Below are positions 24,722 to 37,127 of a stretch of DNA of 64,000 nt, piece after piece. The DNA is taken from positions 2,852,001 through 2,916,000 of the forward strand of contig NW_026250403.1 of the NCBI RefSeq assembly GCF_024521635.1, read 5' to 3'. How positions within the stretch are numbered: the first letter of the stretch is position 1; each line of letters starts with the position of its first letter. A program made the position numbers and the translations under genes. A model generated the notes under the pieces. The model saw nothing but the letters and a program-made list of their open reading frames with translations, ran no database searches and was not told the DNA's origin. The stretch is from Tricharina praecox (Eukaryota).

Positions 24722-25066
24722 GGTCCAGTGATCGTTCTTTGTGCAAATAGTATCTAGGAGCCAACTGCTCGTATAATCCCTTCACTCGTCTCAACTTTTT
24801 TTACCCGTAATGTACAACGAAGACAATGTTGAAAGCAGACAGCATCAGAGCACCGCAATTCGAGCAAGGAGTAAGCAGCCCATAATGAAAAGAGGAAGAA
24901 GGAGAGGAAGAAATGACGTTATTCCAAAGAAAAAGAAAGAAAGAAAACCACCCATTTCATCCAAGCAGCCATCCAGCCAGGTCCCATCTCATGAATCTGC
25001 CCATACCCATTCCTTCGTTCCAGACATCAAAAACCTATCGGCACACACTCAGACTCACGTACGTCT

Positions 25067-26511
25067 CTACAAATACTTCTTCGGCGAGCTGTTTCGTCTC
25101 TTCTTGTAAATTACGTATGCCACAGCCAACCCTACCTGGACCAACACAACAATCGTCACCATCATGCCGATCTTGGGTCCTCCCGTCGCCAGAACCTGGG
25201 TAACACTGTCAGGCACTGAGTAGAGCAGGTTCATGTGATGCTCCTTAAGGGTGTTTCGGAGCTCCTCAAAGTGCTGGGTGTAGTCCTTCGAAGTCATCGC
25301 CTGTGCAATCTGCATCGAGATGTTCTCGATGACCTCGAGCCGTGCCTCCAGCTTGTTGATCTGTTCGCGAGGAACATTGGACCCCCGGCTTTCATCTCGC
25401 CACTGGTCTTCCTTGTGATGAAGGGTGTCGATTGTGTCGTAGATCATTCCGAGCTGGGTTTGGATTGCGGCAAGGTGGTGAGTCAGGCCCTGCAAGCGGT
25501 TGTGAAGATTTGTGAACTGTTCTTCGGCGGATTTGTAATACATGGCTTCGTGATCCTCCTCTCCGGGCTCCGAAAGCCATTCCTCGAAAACTTGTTCATG
25601 GGGCGCCTTCTTGGATCCTTTTCCGGATTGCGGCTGCTGCTGTTGCTGTTGTTGCTGCTGAGGCTTTCCCTGTTGCTGCTGCGGCTTGCCCTGTTGCTGG
25701 TATTGCTGTTGGTGCTGATCCTTGGGCACTTCGTATCCTCCATGGGGAGCGCCGACAAGGAAGTTGAAAAGCTCGAAGCTGTCGGGAATCTGCGACGTCG
25801 CCGCAGTGAGACCGAAGAAGTAACCCTTGGGAAGTCGGATCTTGTCGGTCTGGAAGCACATTTTTCCGTCCACCTCGACTTTGAAGAGGTTGGTATTCTG
25901 AGTGACCTTGATCTGAGAAAGCGAACCCTTATTCCGGTAGTCGAAATCGCAGTGTCCAAAGGCAAGAGATGTGGGGTTGTGATGCTTCGAGTAATCCGTC
26001 CTCCCATCGTTCAGGTAACCCCTCACTTGCGGGGCGCCTGTGTGCGTATCGACGACCAGAGCCAATCCATCCCAAGGCGGACTGGTGTATATCGTGTCCT
26101 GACCCGTTCCGGACCCACTCTTGGAACCCCGCGATGTGTACCACAGGTGAAGAGTACCGCCTGCGCGCTCGCCTCCGGACACTCGGAAATCGGTGGTCAG
26201 TATCCACTCGTCGTGGACGTTTGACATCTTGCCCCATACACCCACGCGTTGGTTTCCAGAGACTGGAGGTGTGAGGATCACTCTGTCGCCGAAGAGTTGA
26301 GGTGTGCCAAATATCTCGAAGTTCTGGATATTGCGCCGGTCGTCGGATATCCTAGGAGCTGCATGTCAACACATGACCACGGTATAGCAGAGAATCGAAC
26401 GTACGGATGCCGCGATCCTATAGAGAAATCGGAGTCCACTTCGTATGGTCTATCATCCGCCAGCGCAAAAGCAGCTGCAACAGCAGCCAGCAAGCTCCAT
26501 TGTAGCTTCAT
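25067..26511 (-). CDS. EMP47: L-type lectin ER-Golgi cargo receptor (Emp46/Emp47, ERGIC-53 family), 463 aa
   Basis: Exons 26511-26405 and 26351-25067; intron 26404-26352 GTACGT..TTGAC..TAG. Signal peptide MKLQWSLLAAVAAAFALA, lectin motifs (VILTPP, WDGLALVVD, YFFGLTAAT), Gln tract, coiled coil, one TM helix and a C-terminal KKYL dilysine signal. Confidence 0.9.
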
Positions 26512-27565
26512 GTTGTGTGGTGGGAGATGGATCGCAACACAAGGAAACAAAGACTAGCACTTGGAATGGGAGAACTGCAGCCGGTGCAGCGGGGACTGGC
26601 AGGAGGCAGTAAATCGAGTTGAAGGCACTTCTTCGTGGAAGTTTGAGGTTGTTTCTTGCGGGGTAGTTAGTGGGAGTGGGTGGGACGGTACAAGTATCGC
26701 TCGTGGCCTCGCGTTTCGACAGGTGTCCTTAGAGCTTTGGTGGCTGTTCCACACACCAGACGCAATTGACGGGTCGAAATCCCTGCCGTCAATCAGATAT
26801 GCGAGTCATTGAATACCTAAGTCAGGATTTACCCGGTCTTTGAATGGGTCCCTGCAGCATACCGAGGCAAGAGCTGTGTACTTTACGTACTCCAGTCTCT
26901 GAGCATCATTGCAATCCAAATGGCTTGCAACTGCTCAGTCGAAGTGTTTCATCAGTTCCACAGTTGAGAGGATCTTACGGCCGGGCCATAAAGTCAATCG
27001 AGCCGAAGCCAAAAACGCCCACATAAGCCAAAACCGACAATGTCAACCTAGGAATATCGGACTAGCATATGGCATGTATGTAGGGTATGTGTACGGCATC
27101 TACTCTAATTTGTGGAAGCGGCCTATGCAACGGCCCGACGGCGCCGACACGGATAACATCCCTAGTGAAAAAGGAAGAACCCGAACCACTACCACTACTA
27201 TACTCGACAATCGATCATCAGAGTGAATGGAAATGAAAGACTTTAGGCTGCTACATAGCTCGAGAAAAGACACTATGACGACTCAACGATTTTAGCCCAG
27301 AACATGCGCGCAAAACCCCACCCTCACCAGCAAGAAGGGTTGTTGCTTCGGTCGATGGGACTAGCGCTGTCACCCGGTCAACCACTAATAATCACTCGTC
27401 ATGCGAAGTCACCCTAGCCCGGTTCTGATAATTTGACAGGAAAGGTCGGGTTTGTGGTCGCCATAGTCTAGCAAGGCCGTATACATACGACAATGAATTG
27501 ATTCTCTCACGCATAATATGTAGCTTAAAAGAGCGAATTGTAAGCCTGCTGAAAATTACCTGTGA

Positions 27566-28567
27566 CGTGGGACGATAAGCTGCACCAAGCAGTGGAGTGA
27601 TAGAGTGACGACAGTTGAGCGCTATACACAGTTCGGAATGAATCCGACATTTCATACCATCCGTTTTCAGCATCAGCTGCGGAGTCCTTCCAAGAAAATC
27701 AGGTGGTTGATGATTGGCCGTCAACACGTGCTGGCACAATTCATTACAGGCCTCTCTTGCACTGACGTTGGGTTTCGTCTCCGATCGGATCACTCGCCGA
27801 AAACCAAACTAGAGGCATTCGACGGCGTTCTGGAAGCGGCTTATCACTGTCTCGCTGGGTTCTATGTCATCACTCGCAAGTCCGAATTCCTGCCGTGGCA
27901 GCCGGGGGCGGGCACCAAAAAGGAGCCTACCCGCCGCACCCGGACTGTACTCTAGCTCGCTGCAGATGTATGGGGGAAAGCCCGGGCGTATGTACTCCCT
28001 CGTATACATGCGTCTTTGAAATGAGGCTACCAGCGGCATGGACGGCGAGTCACGATCTGTCGGAACACCGGTGAGCAAAAGGGCATATTACCAGCTGCAA
28101 CTCTTTGGAACAGAATTTACTTCACTTGTAGTTTCAGGATAGCTGAATCTTTGTCCCGGAGCGCAGGGCTTGGAAGTTCGACCAATATCCCGAGACTTGC
28201 ACGTTTGAATGCTGTGCTTAGCGGATTATCCGTCCGTTCGTCATTCCAAGTCTCGAATGTGTGGATTTCGCTCGGCTTGGATGAAAGACCACCCACATTC
28301 CTGGTTTCCGATGACCCATTCGGTTTTCTCGATTGGCTAGAATTGCACCGAGCTGATATCCTGCCATACGCTCTACCGAGAGCGGGCGGGCGCCAGAAAA
28401 GCAGGTGAACTGTTCTTTCGCGAAGATTGGCGAGTCACATCCGTGCTTCCGGTAAGGGAATGGTACTAGTAGATGGGGAGGAGGAGGAGGATGAGGCGAA
28501 GGAGGCGAAGGAGACGGAGGAGACGGAGGATGCGGAGGAGGCGGAGGAGGAGCAGGAGGCAGGTTAG
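27566..28567 (+). pseudogene. Possible decayed coding sequence of unknown family
   Basis: One frame runs 27566-28408 with only two internal stops (TAG 27953, TGA 28022). A frameshifted acidic tail DGEEEEDEAKEAKETEETEDAEEAEEEQEAG* follows at about 28472-28567. Confidence 0.3.
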
Positions 28568-31500
28568 GGTAGATGTTGATGCAACTCTCAGAGGATGAAA
28601 AGAGCACATGACATGCACATCTTTCCATATTAGTCCATTTGTACATATCTTTACTCATTCGCCTCAAATTTGCAAACTCCCATGATCGCTACATACGTGC
28701 ATGATTACGACCGTGCTCGCGGCTGTCTATCTTCCTAGCTCGAGCCACGCAATGCTCACGTTCCAATGCGCGACATGCTTCCGATTCCGTGGCTTCGTGC
28801 TCACCACTATTTCTACATATCGAGTGGATCATGATCAACCACCAGGGCAGCCAGGCTCCAGCGCTGCGGAGACGGAAATAACCAGACGGAGCTCTACTAG
28901 AGCAGCAGGTACAAACCTATCATGATTGATGGGAACAATGCTGACGCAAGGAGATCGGTGGTAGAGTAGTCCCTGGCAACCACGTCCCTGGCCATCACTA
29001 GTCCTCATTGGGGCCTGTCTCCATTGTGGATTCTCCAGGATCGTTCCTCTGAAAGCGACTGTCCGGTGAATTCTGCACGACCACCACGATATAGGCCGAG
29101 AGAACTTCACGGACGATCACCTGGTTTGAGAAAACCCACCGCTGTCCGCCTCCGCAGCCACGGTTCCTGAGCTCATGTGGGCACCTGGGGAGATGGGGGT
29201 TTTCTTTGTCTGAGCTGGAGGGGTTCGCCGGAAGTGGTGGCTGCTGCGAACGGGGGGACAATTACTATGATCATACATAGGAGCATACCGTACATATGCT
29301 GGCGCACGACGCACGTAGGTGTCCATCCTACGCATCAGCACGGGGGCGGAATTCTTGTCGGCTGAAATTGAGTACCTGATAGGGACGGACGGGAAATGAG
29401 GCTAAGCGAACGTACATGAGTGACAAGTGTTCCTGCAGTGACTTTTCAGTTCCGTACCTGCATGAGCTTGTTGCGTTTTCTGCAGTGCAGACGCCACAAT
29501 TTCGTGATGGAGTAGTAACATACTCTTGGTATGTAGATCGTGTCGGGCAGTGAAACGAAGCCTCAAGAAAGTGCAGATGCCGGTCCCCTGGGGCTATGAG
29601 TAAAGTTGCGGGCTCTTTCGCAGCGCCGCACATCGCACAGCGGATGTGCATGCAGCTCAGGTCTGTGTGGTTCTTCCGACGAGCCATCACATTTGCACTT
29701 GGGCTTGCGCCCATTGCGCGCTCCGAACGACCGTTAGCTGAGCTCCGGTAGTTCGAATTGCAACTAAGGATTGGGCATGTACCGTGGATAAATCGCTACA
29801 GCACATCCGCTCTCGGAGCGCAGTTCGATTGGTGGGGCTTTCTGCGTATTGACTCGGGATCATCCCTCACCAATGAAGGGCGCACCATTTGTGATACATC
29901 GTCCGGTCTTTGTCTGTTCCCTCGCCACAGACATTTTTGTTTTCAGAAACCCCATTTAATGGTGTATCGGACGGGCCAACTGGTCTGGAAGCGCGCCATC
30001 CGTCGGTGCGATATAGGCAGTATCATAGCATGTTGTTCAAAAAACCGGGCAACGGTTGGCATGTCGCGGAATACCCAAGTAGAGTACCTATCGGTGCAAG
30101 CCTGAATGATGCAGACGCTGCGCCTCCGCCCTCGTGGAACGGGGGTCGACCTGCCGCGCCGCCGCTATGGGATTTCCGAGTTAGACTTCAGACATCCACG
30201 TGCGACCCAAACGATCCTGACTACTCGGTGTCAGCATCCATGCTCCATCGGCCCAAGCACCCAACTCTGTCTCTGACTCTCCCTTTTTTTTGTTAGGAGC
30301 AAAGCTAAGGAGGCTCTCAGGGACCGACCGGATCTCAACGGCGGGATGCTACTACTAGGTGTAGCTAGGTGCGGACTAGGAAAGATCGGCGCTGTTCGCC
30401 TCCTTCGGTCCCAAAGATGTTCAAGCTTGGCGGAGAAGAGCGGCGGCTGAGGGAGAGAGGTACGTGGGCTGCCAGAAGCGCTGCAGGAGAATCCGGTCAC
30501 TGATGCGATTAGGTAGGTACACACAGCACACATACGGCCAGAGCCTTGGGCTTCGAAAAGGGCTCTCGACGAAACGGTTGGATGAGGTGAGAAACCCCGT
30601 CCCCACAAAAGGTGTCGAAACGGCAGTTGCCGTAGATGCACACACCCGTCATCATCTTCCCCTTCGATGTGATGATCAAGCCTTGGACGGGGGACCTGTC
30701 CAGCACTCCAGCGTCCAGCACTTCAGGACCCAGGCGGGCTATGCTATTCCTGGCAGTTTCGTGCATCGAGCCGAAACAGCCTGGTCGTCCAGCAGCCCCA
30801 TCCATCTCCACTCCACTGGCAGCCGCGACTCCGGGCTACGTGATACCGAATGATGCGAACCGGAAAGGGCCTCTCGCTTCAGTAGAGTACTTATCGCCGG
30901 ATCAGCACGGATTCCGAGAATTGGACGGCCTCGCGTGGTATTCGTTCCACAATCGTCGCACTCCGGCATATCCATTGCGGGCCTGCTGGCCCACATGGAT
31001 ACGTATACGACACTCGTCTCTCTGTCTCTCTCTCTCCCCGGTCCCATCGCGGGTACCTGCTGCCATAAGGTGCATTCCTCGTACCAAGGAGAGTCTAATG
31101 TTCCCGGAGATGGAACCGGCTGCAAGCCAATGCAAGGCTCCAAATACAGGCCTAAACACACTTGAGTCCTAGCCCCCTCGCCCGCCCATATTAACTGGCC
31201 GGTAACCGCTCGTTGAGAGAGAGAGGGAGTGTGAACACGTCGGTGGCTCGCTGATAATCGTACCAACGCTCAAATAAGTAATATCGTCCATTACGACCTC
31301 CGAGACTCGAGGCCCGACCACGCAATATTCTTCACCTTTACAGAGTCCTTCTCCGTTTCGCCTCACATCTTCGAAACTTCCTCAGACAAAACAGCGCCCG
31401 TCGAAAACACCGCGCACATTCCGGACGGATTCCCATCAAGCCACTCCGTGGATCTAGTCTTAATATCCGGAATTGTCCCGATATCCACGCTTTGCTACGC

Positions 31501-31770
31501 AACACCAACGGTACCGTACCTATCCATCGTCCAATCTTCACTGCCGCCGCCGCCGCCCCGTCTCCCCGGTTGGTCAATCTGAACGGGCACGCTTCGTATC
31601 ATACAAACATATATTCTCCAGCAAGCAATTAGACGCTGCCAGCAAGCTATCCCCCTTGACGTGTCGACATCCTGTCGGAAACACGTGGTCAAACAGCGAG
31701 ACATTCGGCACTGAACTTTCTTCGGTGGTGTCGTCCGGAAATAGGGTAGTCGTTTTAGCTGCAAGCCACA

Positions 31771-33633
31771 ATGCTCTTCGACTCGAACTTTTCGTTTGCT
31801 CCGAAACTGTCTCCACCCCGCGAACGGGAGCCTGCTAGCATGCGAACCGTCCGATATGGGGAAATTGTTGGGAGCGGCGATGGCAACATTAGCAGCAGCA
31901 GCAGCAACAGCATTAGCCATGATCTTCCACTATCCCCACATTCGATGGCTATCGCGTCTCCCGGATCTCGGAGTCGTTCACGGGCCACGTTTTCCACTGG
32001 AGGTATTAAGCAGTTGCATGAGCACCCTGTTCTCCTTTCATCATCCTGCTCGATAACATCAAATTCTTCTACGGCACTGTCAACATTTGACGACTCAAAT
32101 CCTACAACACCGATCCCAACCTCAACACCACTGCCATTGATTGTAGTAAACGAACCAATACTACAGACGATGAAATTCTTCAAGAGGCGGTCAGCCGACA
32201 CCAGCAATGACAAGAGCAAAATCAACAAAGACTTCTACAGCAGTGCGGTGCCAATGGATCTCAAACACGCAAAACCGTTGACGATATCCGTCCCTCCGCG
32301 AAAAAGCACTCGTAGAGCACCTTCGCAGCCTCCTCGCCAGCCGCCGCCACCACCTCCTCCATCACAACAACAACGACCTCCGATGCTAAGATTAGAGCCT
32401 TCCTCACGGCCGTTGCCTGCAGTAAAGACACAAGAGATCAACCGCAGCCTCCTCTCGCCTCTCCATTCGAAGCGAAGCCGCCAGAACTCGCAAACCTCCG
32501 ATTCCGGAATTCAGATGCTAGTCAACTTTCTCAACGATGACTCGGACTCGGACGAAGAAGAAGACGAGTGCGTAAGCCCAACAACCGAAGCACCTACCCA
32601 ACTTCCTCGACTCGAGATCCCGATGGCTTCGATCGATGAAGAATGTAGCGAAACAAATAGCGAAACATCCAGTATTTTCGACAGTATTGGACCGGCCACT
32701 CCTATATCCTCTCGCTTCAGCAACAACCGAAGATACTCAACAACATCAACCATTCCGACCTCTATTTCGGAAGGCTCTACATATTCCTCCATCCGCAGCG
32801 ACCGTAAACGGTGCTCCATTGCGTCCTCAAACAGACTATCATTTAACGAGGATGATTTCCCAACCTCGAAGCGCGGTTCCGTTGCATCCTCAAAAAGGCC
32901 ATCCTTCAATGACGACAACTTTACCGCACCAAAGCGAGGTGCCACCTCCGATGCAACATCCTTGCCGTCTTCCCGTCGCTCATCCGCCACAACATTCTTT
33001 TGCCGCGGCAGTCGTAACTCGGTGCTGAGCCGCAATTCTATCGGTTTGGGTTCGATTGCCGCCAGCGACATCGACTTGGAGGAAGGATTGGAAAACAACA
33101 CGCACTTCCCGGGCATGGAAGAACTCAAGAAACAGATTTCCTGGCTTGCGCTCCGCGGATCCCGTAGTTACGAATCCGAAGAGGAAGCGGAGGATGTCGA
33201 GGATGACAGCGAAAATTACCACCACCACTTGTCATCCATGGTACCGCCAAATGGAAAGACTTCAACCAAAACTTCCGCGAGGTCTCCATCGAGGGCGATG
33301 CCAACGTCGATACCGCTGTATGCCTTTCCGCTTCCTCCCACCGGCACCGTAATGCAGACTCCTGCGCCCCGAAGGGCAAGACGACGAACCGCCAGCTCCG
33401 AGTGCATCGTGCTCGAAGCGCTTGAGGAAATGCGACTAGCGGATCAGAAGGCGTCTTTCGTTCCGACTCCGACTCCGACCCCGACCGTTGCAAAGGTATC
33501 GAAACGCAAGCCGCGTCACTCGACCAATAATCCTCGCATCGTCGGCGAGGATTCGTGGGAGACGGCTCTGGTCGGCGACACGGCTGCCTGGGATCGAATG
33601 CTCGATGCTAGCGATTTCAATTCCTATGCTTAA
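31771..33633 (+). CDS. Uncharacterised Ser/Pro-rich disordered protein, up to 620 aa (start uncertain; alternatives 31840 or 32170)
   Basis: 1.86-kb uninterrupted ORF. The copies of an internal 63-bp repeat differ largely at synonymous positions. A T-rich 3' UTR-like region follows. Confidence 0.75.
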   Translation: MLFDSNFSFAPKLSPPREREPASMRTVRYGEIVGSGDGNISSSSSNSISHDLPLSPHSMAIASPGSRSRSRATFSTGGIKQLHEHPVLLSSSCSITSNSSTALSTFDDSNPTTPIPTSTPLPLIVVNEPILQTMKFFKRRSADTSNDKSKINKDFYSSAVPMDLKHAKPLTISVPPRKSTRRAPSQPPRQPPPPPPPSQQQRPPMLRLEPSSRPLPAVKTQEINRSLLSPLHSKRSRQNSQTSDSGIQMLVNFLNDDSDSDEEEDECVSPTTEAPTQLPRLEIPMASIDEECSETNSETSSIFDSIGPATPISSRFSNNRRYSTTSTIPTSISEGSTYSSIRSDRKRCSIASSNRLSFNEDDFPTSKRGSVASSKRPSFNDDNFTAPKRGATSDATSLPSSRRSSATTFFCRGSRNSVLSRNSIGLGSIAASDIDLEEGLENNTHFPGMEELKKQISWLALRGSRSYESEEEAEDVEDDSENYHHHLSSMVPPNGKTSTKTSARSPSRAMPTSIPLYAFPLPPTGTVMQTPAPRRARRRTASSECIVLEALEEMRLADQKASFVPTPTPTPTVAKVSKRKPRHSTNNPRIVGEDSWETALVGDTAAWDRMLDASDFNSYA

Positions 33634-34453
33634 TTCGTACTCGTACCGAGTACATCTTTTTTTTTCTTTCTCCCTAATACCTATCATTTATCTGGGACTG
33701 TCTATGCGTTTGGGAGTTGAAGCGGGTTATGTTTGTCTTTCTGTCTTTTTTTTCTTTATTACTTACCACTGTCTTTCTATTTATTTATTTTCGTTTGTTT
33801 TATGGGTTCGGTTTGGGATTCGGTTCGGTTTGGGATTCGGTTCGGTTTGGGGTCCGGTAGGGGGTTTGGTTCGGAGTTGGTGATTTGCGCGAGGTTATAC
33901 ATCCTACATACAACATACCTGTTCTATCTCGGGTTTTTTCTTTACATGATTTGCTTTGCTTTGTTTACTTGAAAGCGGGGGTTTTTAACGGCCTTGGGTG
34001 GGTTAGAGGTGGTCACTGGAGAGCTCCTGACATGCACTTACATGATGTATCTTGGGCAGCGTGGGAGTTTGCTATACATACATCTTACGGGAGGGCAAAT
34101 GGAATGGTGTGTTTTGAGAGAACAATAATTAATTATCGTATGGCTGAATGGCGTGTGAGAGTGAGAAAGAGAACGTCAATTGATTGTCGCATACGGCTTG
34201 TTTGCTCTTCTATGGCGACTAATGGCGTGTTTTGTTTGGCTAATCTGCGGGTAAAGTCAGAAGTGCCGAGTGACCAACCGTCCATCCGATCTGCCAAGCG
34301 AAGTTAGCCGTTTCCGTCCATCGCCGGATTTGATCTGATAGTTAGATAACCTTAGCAACTATCTCACGACACCTCTTTGCCGCCGTTGCACCCCACATTC
34401 CACCCAACGACGAGCGCCACGCCTCATCACTCACAACAACAACAACAACAGTC

Positions 34454-35016
34454 ATGGTACGTCCTCGTCGGCCACTCCACCTCTCGCGGCGGCCGACCGG
34501 GAAGAGAAGCAATCCGTTCAATGAGCATGCTAATGCTAATGCTGTACGCACACGCAGCTACCACTCTCGCTCCTCAACGCCGCGCAGGGCAGCCCCATGC
34601 TCGTTGAGCTCAAGAACGGCGAAACCCTCAACGGCCATCTCGTCAGCTGCGATACCTACATGAACCTCACCCTGCGCGAGGTCGTACAGACGTCCCCGGA
34701 CGGTGACCGCTTCTACCGTCTGGCGGAGGCCTATGTGCGCGGAAACAATGTATGCGTGCTTGCTCGCGGCGATGGGATGGATGCGGTGGATGGGGGATGA
34801 GACGGTGCTGATACAGCGCAGATCAAGTATCTCCGCCTGCCGGAGGAGATAATAGAAGTCGTCAAGGAGCAGCAGGCGCAGCAGCAACAGCAACACCATG
34901 GAGGACGGGGCGGTGGTGATCGCGGTGGAAGGGGTGGGTTCCAGAGGGGTGGAGGGCGGGGGAGAGGCGGGACGAGAGGGGCACGCGGGGGTGGTGGTGG
35001 AAGGGCAAGAGGCTAG
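34454..35016 (+). CDS. LSM4: U6 snRNA-associated Sm-like protein Lsm4, 129 aa
   Basis: Exons 34454-34456 (ATG only), 34558-34749 and 34822-35016. Product [43 protein letters not shown]...YVRGNN/IKYLRLP with an RGG-rich tail. Confidence 0.95.
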
Positions 35017-35437
35017 GAGGACTTGGGCGAGTGCGTGTCAGAAAGAATTGGATCCGCTTGTTTTTTGGCTGGAATCCTGGGATGGATTAAAGGTGTACGG
35101 CGTCCGTCGATACTGAGACTTGTTGCGTGAAGTAGGAAGTTCATCCTTGAGATCGACTTTGCTTGTACACCAAGTTGCGAAGTAATATCAAGACCCTTGC
35201 ACTGGGCTATTCTCCATTGACAATATCTATTGCTACCTGCAGTCTCATGCCGCCGAAGATAGTTACGTGCCAAGCTTCCGGCCAACGGAACCTCATACCG
35301 AGCAAGCATGAATCATGGCAAACCCTCACAAGTGGCGACCCCACCAACCATGAAATGATGAACCTCCTCGACTCCTCGTTATCCACCGTCTCTCTTGCAC
35401 CACCTTCAATTGCGCCCTCTATTCCATACCGTATCTC

Positions 35438-36958
35438 ATGTCGCTGAGACGCACCGTGCACCCCAACACCATCTACAATCTTCCCCGCAGCTTCCGGGGA
35501 TGCCTCAAATACTCCATCTTGAGCTCGTCGCCACCACCAGCGGGGGAGGCCGGGACCGCCCATAGCCATACGACCGAAGCCGCCCGGAAACGCATTCCAC
35601 CCGCAGCGGATGGCTGCAATCCAGACGAAGAAGAATCCGCGCTCGCCCGGCGCTTCACCGCGATGGCTGAAGACGCCGTTCTGTCCTCACCGCACAAAAC
35701 TCCAGACTCCAGCACCACCGCCGCAATATCCGACGACCTCAAGTCCGCGCTTCTATCCCGCGTTGCCGCGGCCGAGTTCAGCAGCACGCACGCACGCGCC
35801 ATCTCCATCTCCGCGCTCCCCTCCTCGGCGTCAAAACACACGCGGGACCTCGCCGCCACGCGCCCCTGGGACGGCACCGAATCGCAGGAAGACGCCGTGC
35901 TCCGCATGCTCACCGATGCGCACAAGCCGCTGCGGCAAAAGCCCATTCCGCAGACTGTCGATCTACGCCCGCACAGCACGTTTGGTCCGCGGCCTGCACG
36001 GGCGGAGCGCGTGGCGGGGGCAAGGGACGGCGCGCTGGAGTACTCGCTCACCAAGGATGCCAACTTGTCGTCCGACGAGCGGGCGCAGGTCCGCGCTATG
36101 TTCTGTGAGCGGTTCCAGCCGGCTGGCAGGCCCATGGCCGCCGCGAGCGTCTCCGCTCTAATGTCCCTCGCCGACCAGCGGATTGAGGATGCGCGTGCCC
36201 GTGGCCAGTTCGATAATATCCCCCGGGGCCAGCCGAGGGTCGAAGATCACAATGCGCGCTCGCCGTTCCTCGATACCACGGAGTACTTCCTGAACAAGAT
36301 GATCAGGAAGCAGGAGATTCTCCCGCCATGGGTGGAGAAGCAGCAGGAGCTGGGGAGGGAGGCGGAGGGGTTTAGGGTGCGGATCAGGAGTGATTGGAAG
36401 AGGAGGGTGGCGAGGGGAATTGCTGCGAGGGGTGGCACGCTGGAAGATATGTGTGCACGAGCGGAGAGGTATGCACAGGCGGAGGCGAGGAGGGTGAAGT
36501 TGACACGGGTGGAGAAGATGTTGCAGCTGGGCGAGGAGGTGTCGGAAGAGGAGACGGCGGCGGCGTATGCTCCCGGACCGACAGAGGTCTTCCGAGACGC
36601 CGAGTGGGAGAAGACAGAGCTGAAATACAACCAACTGTGCATCGATAATTTGAACTCGCTGTGCAGGAGCTACAATATGATGGCGCCAGAGATCGCTAGG
36701 AAACCCATATTCACTCTGGAGAGGGAGCTGGACCGCTGTTTTGCTGATGTGGCACCACAAGTGGCGGAGGAGATACTGGAGAGGGCTAGGAGGCCGGAAC
36801 TACCGAAGATGACGGTCAAGGGGAAAGAAAGGTCGGGGTTGGTGAGGAGTTTGGGAATTGGGGAGGCACATCAGGCGAAGGTTTATGACAGTGAGAAACC
36901 TAATTATGGGTTCAAGGACTTTTGGAAGGATCTGTTTGGGCGGAAGGAGGCTTCTTAG
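35438..36958 (+). CDS. DUF1992 (DNAJC28 conserved domain) protein, 506 aa, possibly mitochondrial
   Basis: LADQRIEDARARGQFDNIPRG..FLNKMIRKQEILPPWVEKQQEL signature; Arg/Ser-rich N-terminus lacking acidic residues. Confidence 0.85.
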   Translation: MSLRRTVHPNTIYNLPRSFRGCLKYSILSSSPPPAGEAGTAHSHTTEAARKRIPPAADGCNPDEEESALARRFTAMAEDAVLSSPHKTPDSSTTAAISDDLKSALLSRVAAAEFSSTHARAISISALPSSASKHTRDLAATRPWDGTESQEDAVLRMLTDAHKPLRQKPIPQTVDLRPHSTFGPRPARAERVAGARDGALEYSLTKDANLSSDERAQVRAMFCERFQPAGRPMAAASVSALMSLADQRIEDARARGQFDNIPRGQPRVEDHNARSPFLDTTEYFLNKMIRKQEILPPWVEKQQELGREAEGFRVRIRSDWKRRVARGIAARGGTLEDMCARAERYAQAEARRVKLTRVEKMLQLGEEVSEEETAAAYAPGPTEVFRDAEWEKTELKYNQLCIDNLNSLCRSYNMMAPEIARKPIFTLERELDRCFADVAPQVAEEILERARRPELPKMTVKGKERSGLVRSLGIGEAHQAKVYDSEKPNYGFKDFWKDLFGRKEAS

Positions 36959-37127
36959 CCTGTATATAGCTGAAGGCTTGAAGTGCGGCTATGAATAGCC
37001 AGTTTTACTTGATCTTCAAGCTCTTTTAACGCAAAATATAGTTTCCAACTGCGCAAAGCTGGCTGTGCTATGATATTGATTGAATGCAGTATTCAGAAAT
37101 GATGGAAAGCTCAGAGCTCTTCCTCCG

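Noticed and set aside
26767..26795. tRNA T-arm-like GGGTCGAAATCCC inside an ATTGACGG/CCGTCAAT stem
   Set aside because: No D-arm, anticodon arm or cloverleaf; an isolated hairpin in the lectin promoter.
28562..28570. Telomere-like GGTTAGGG
   Set aside because: A single unit; no array and no 1.5-repeat telomerase RNA template seen.
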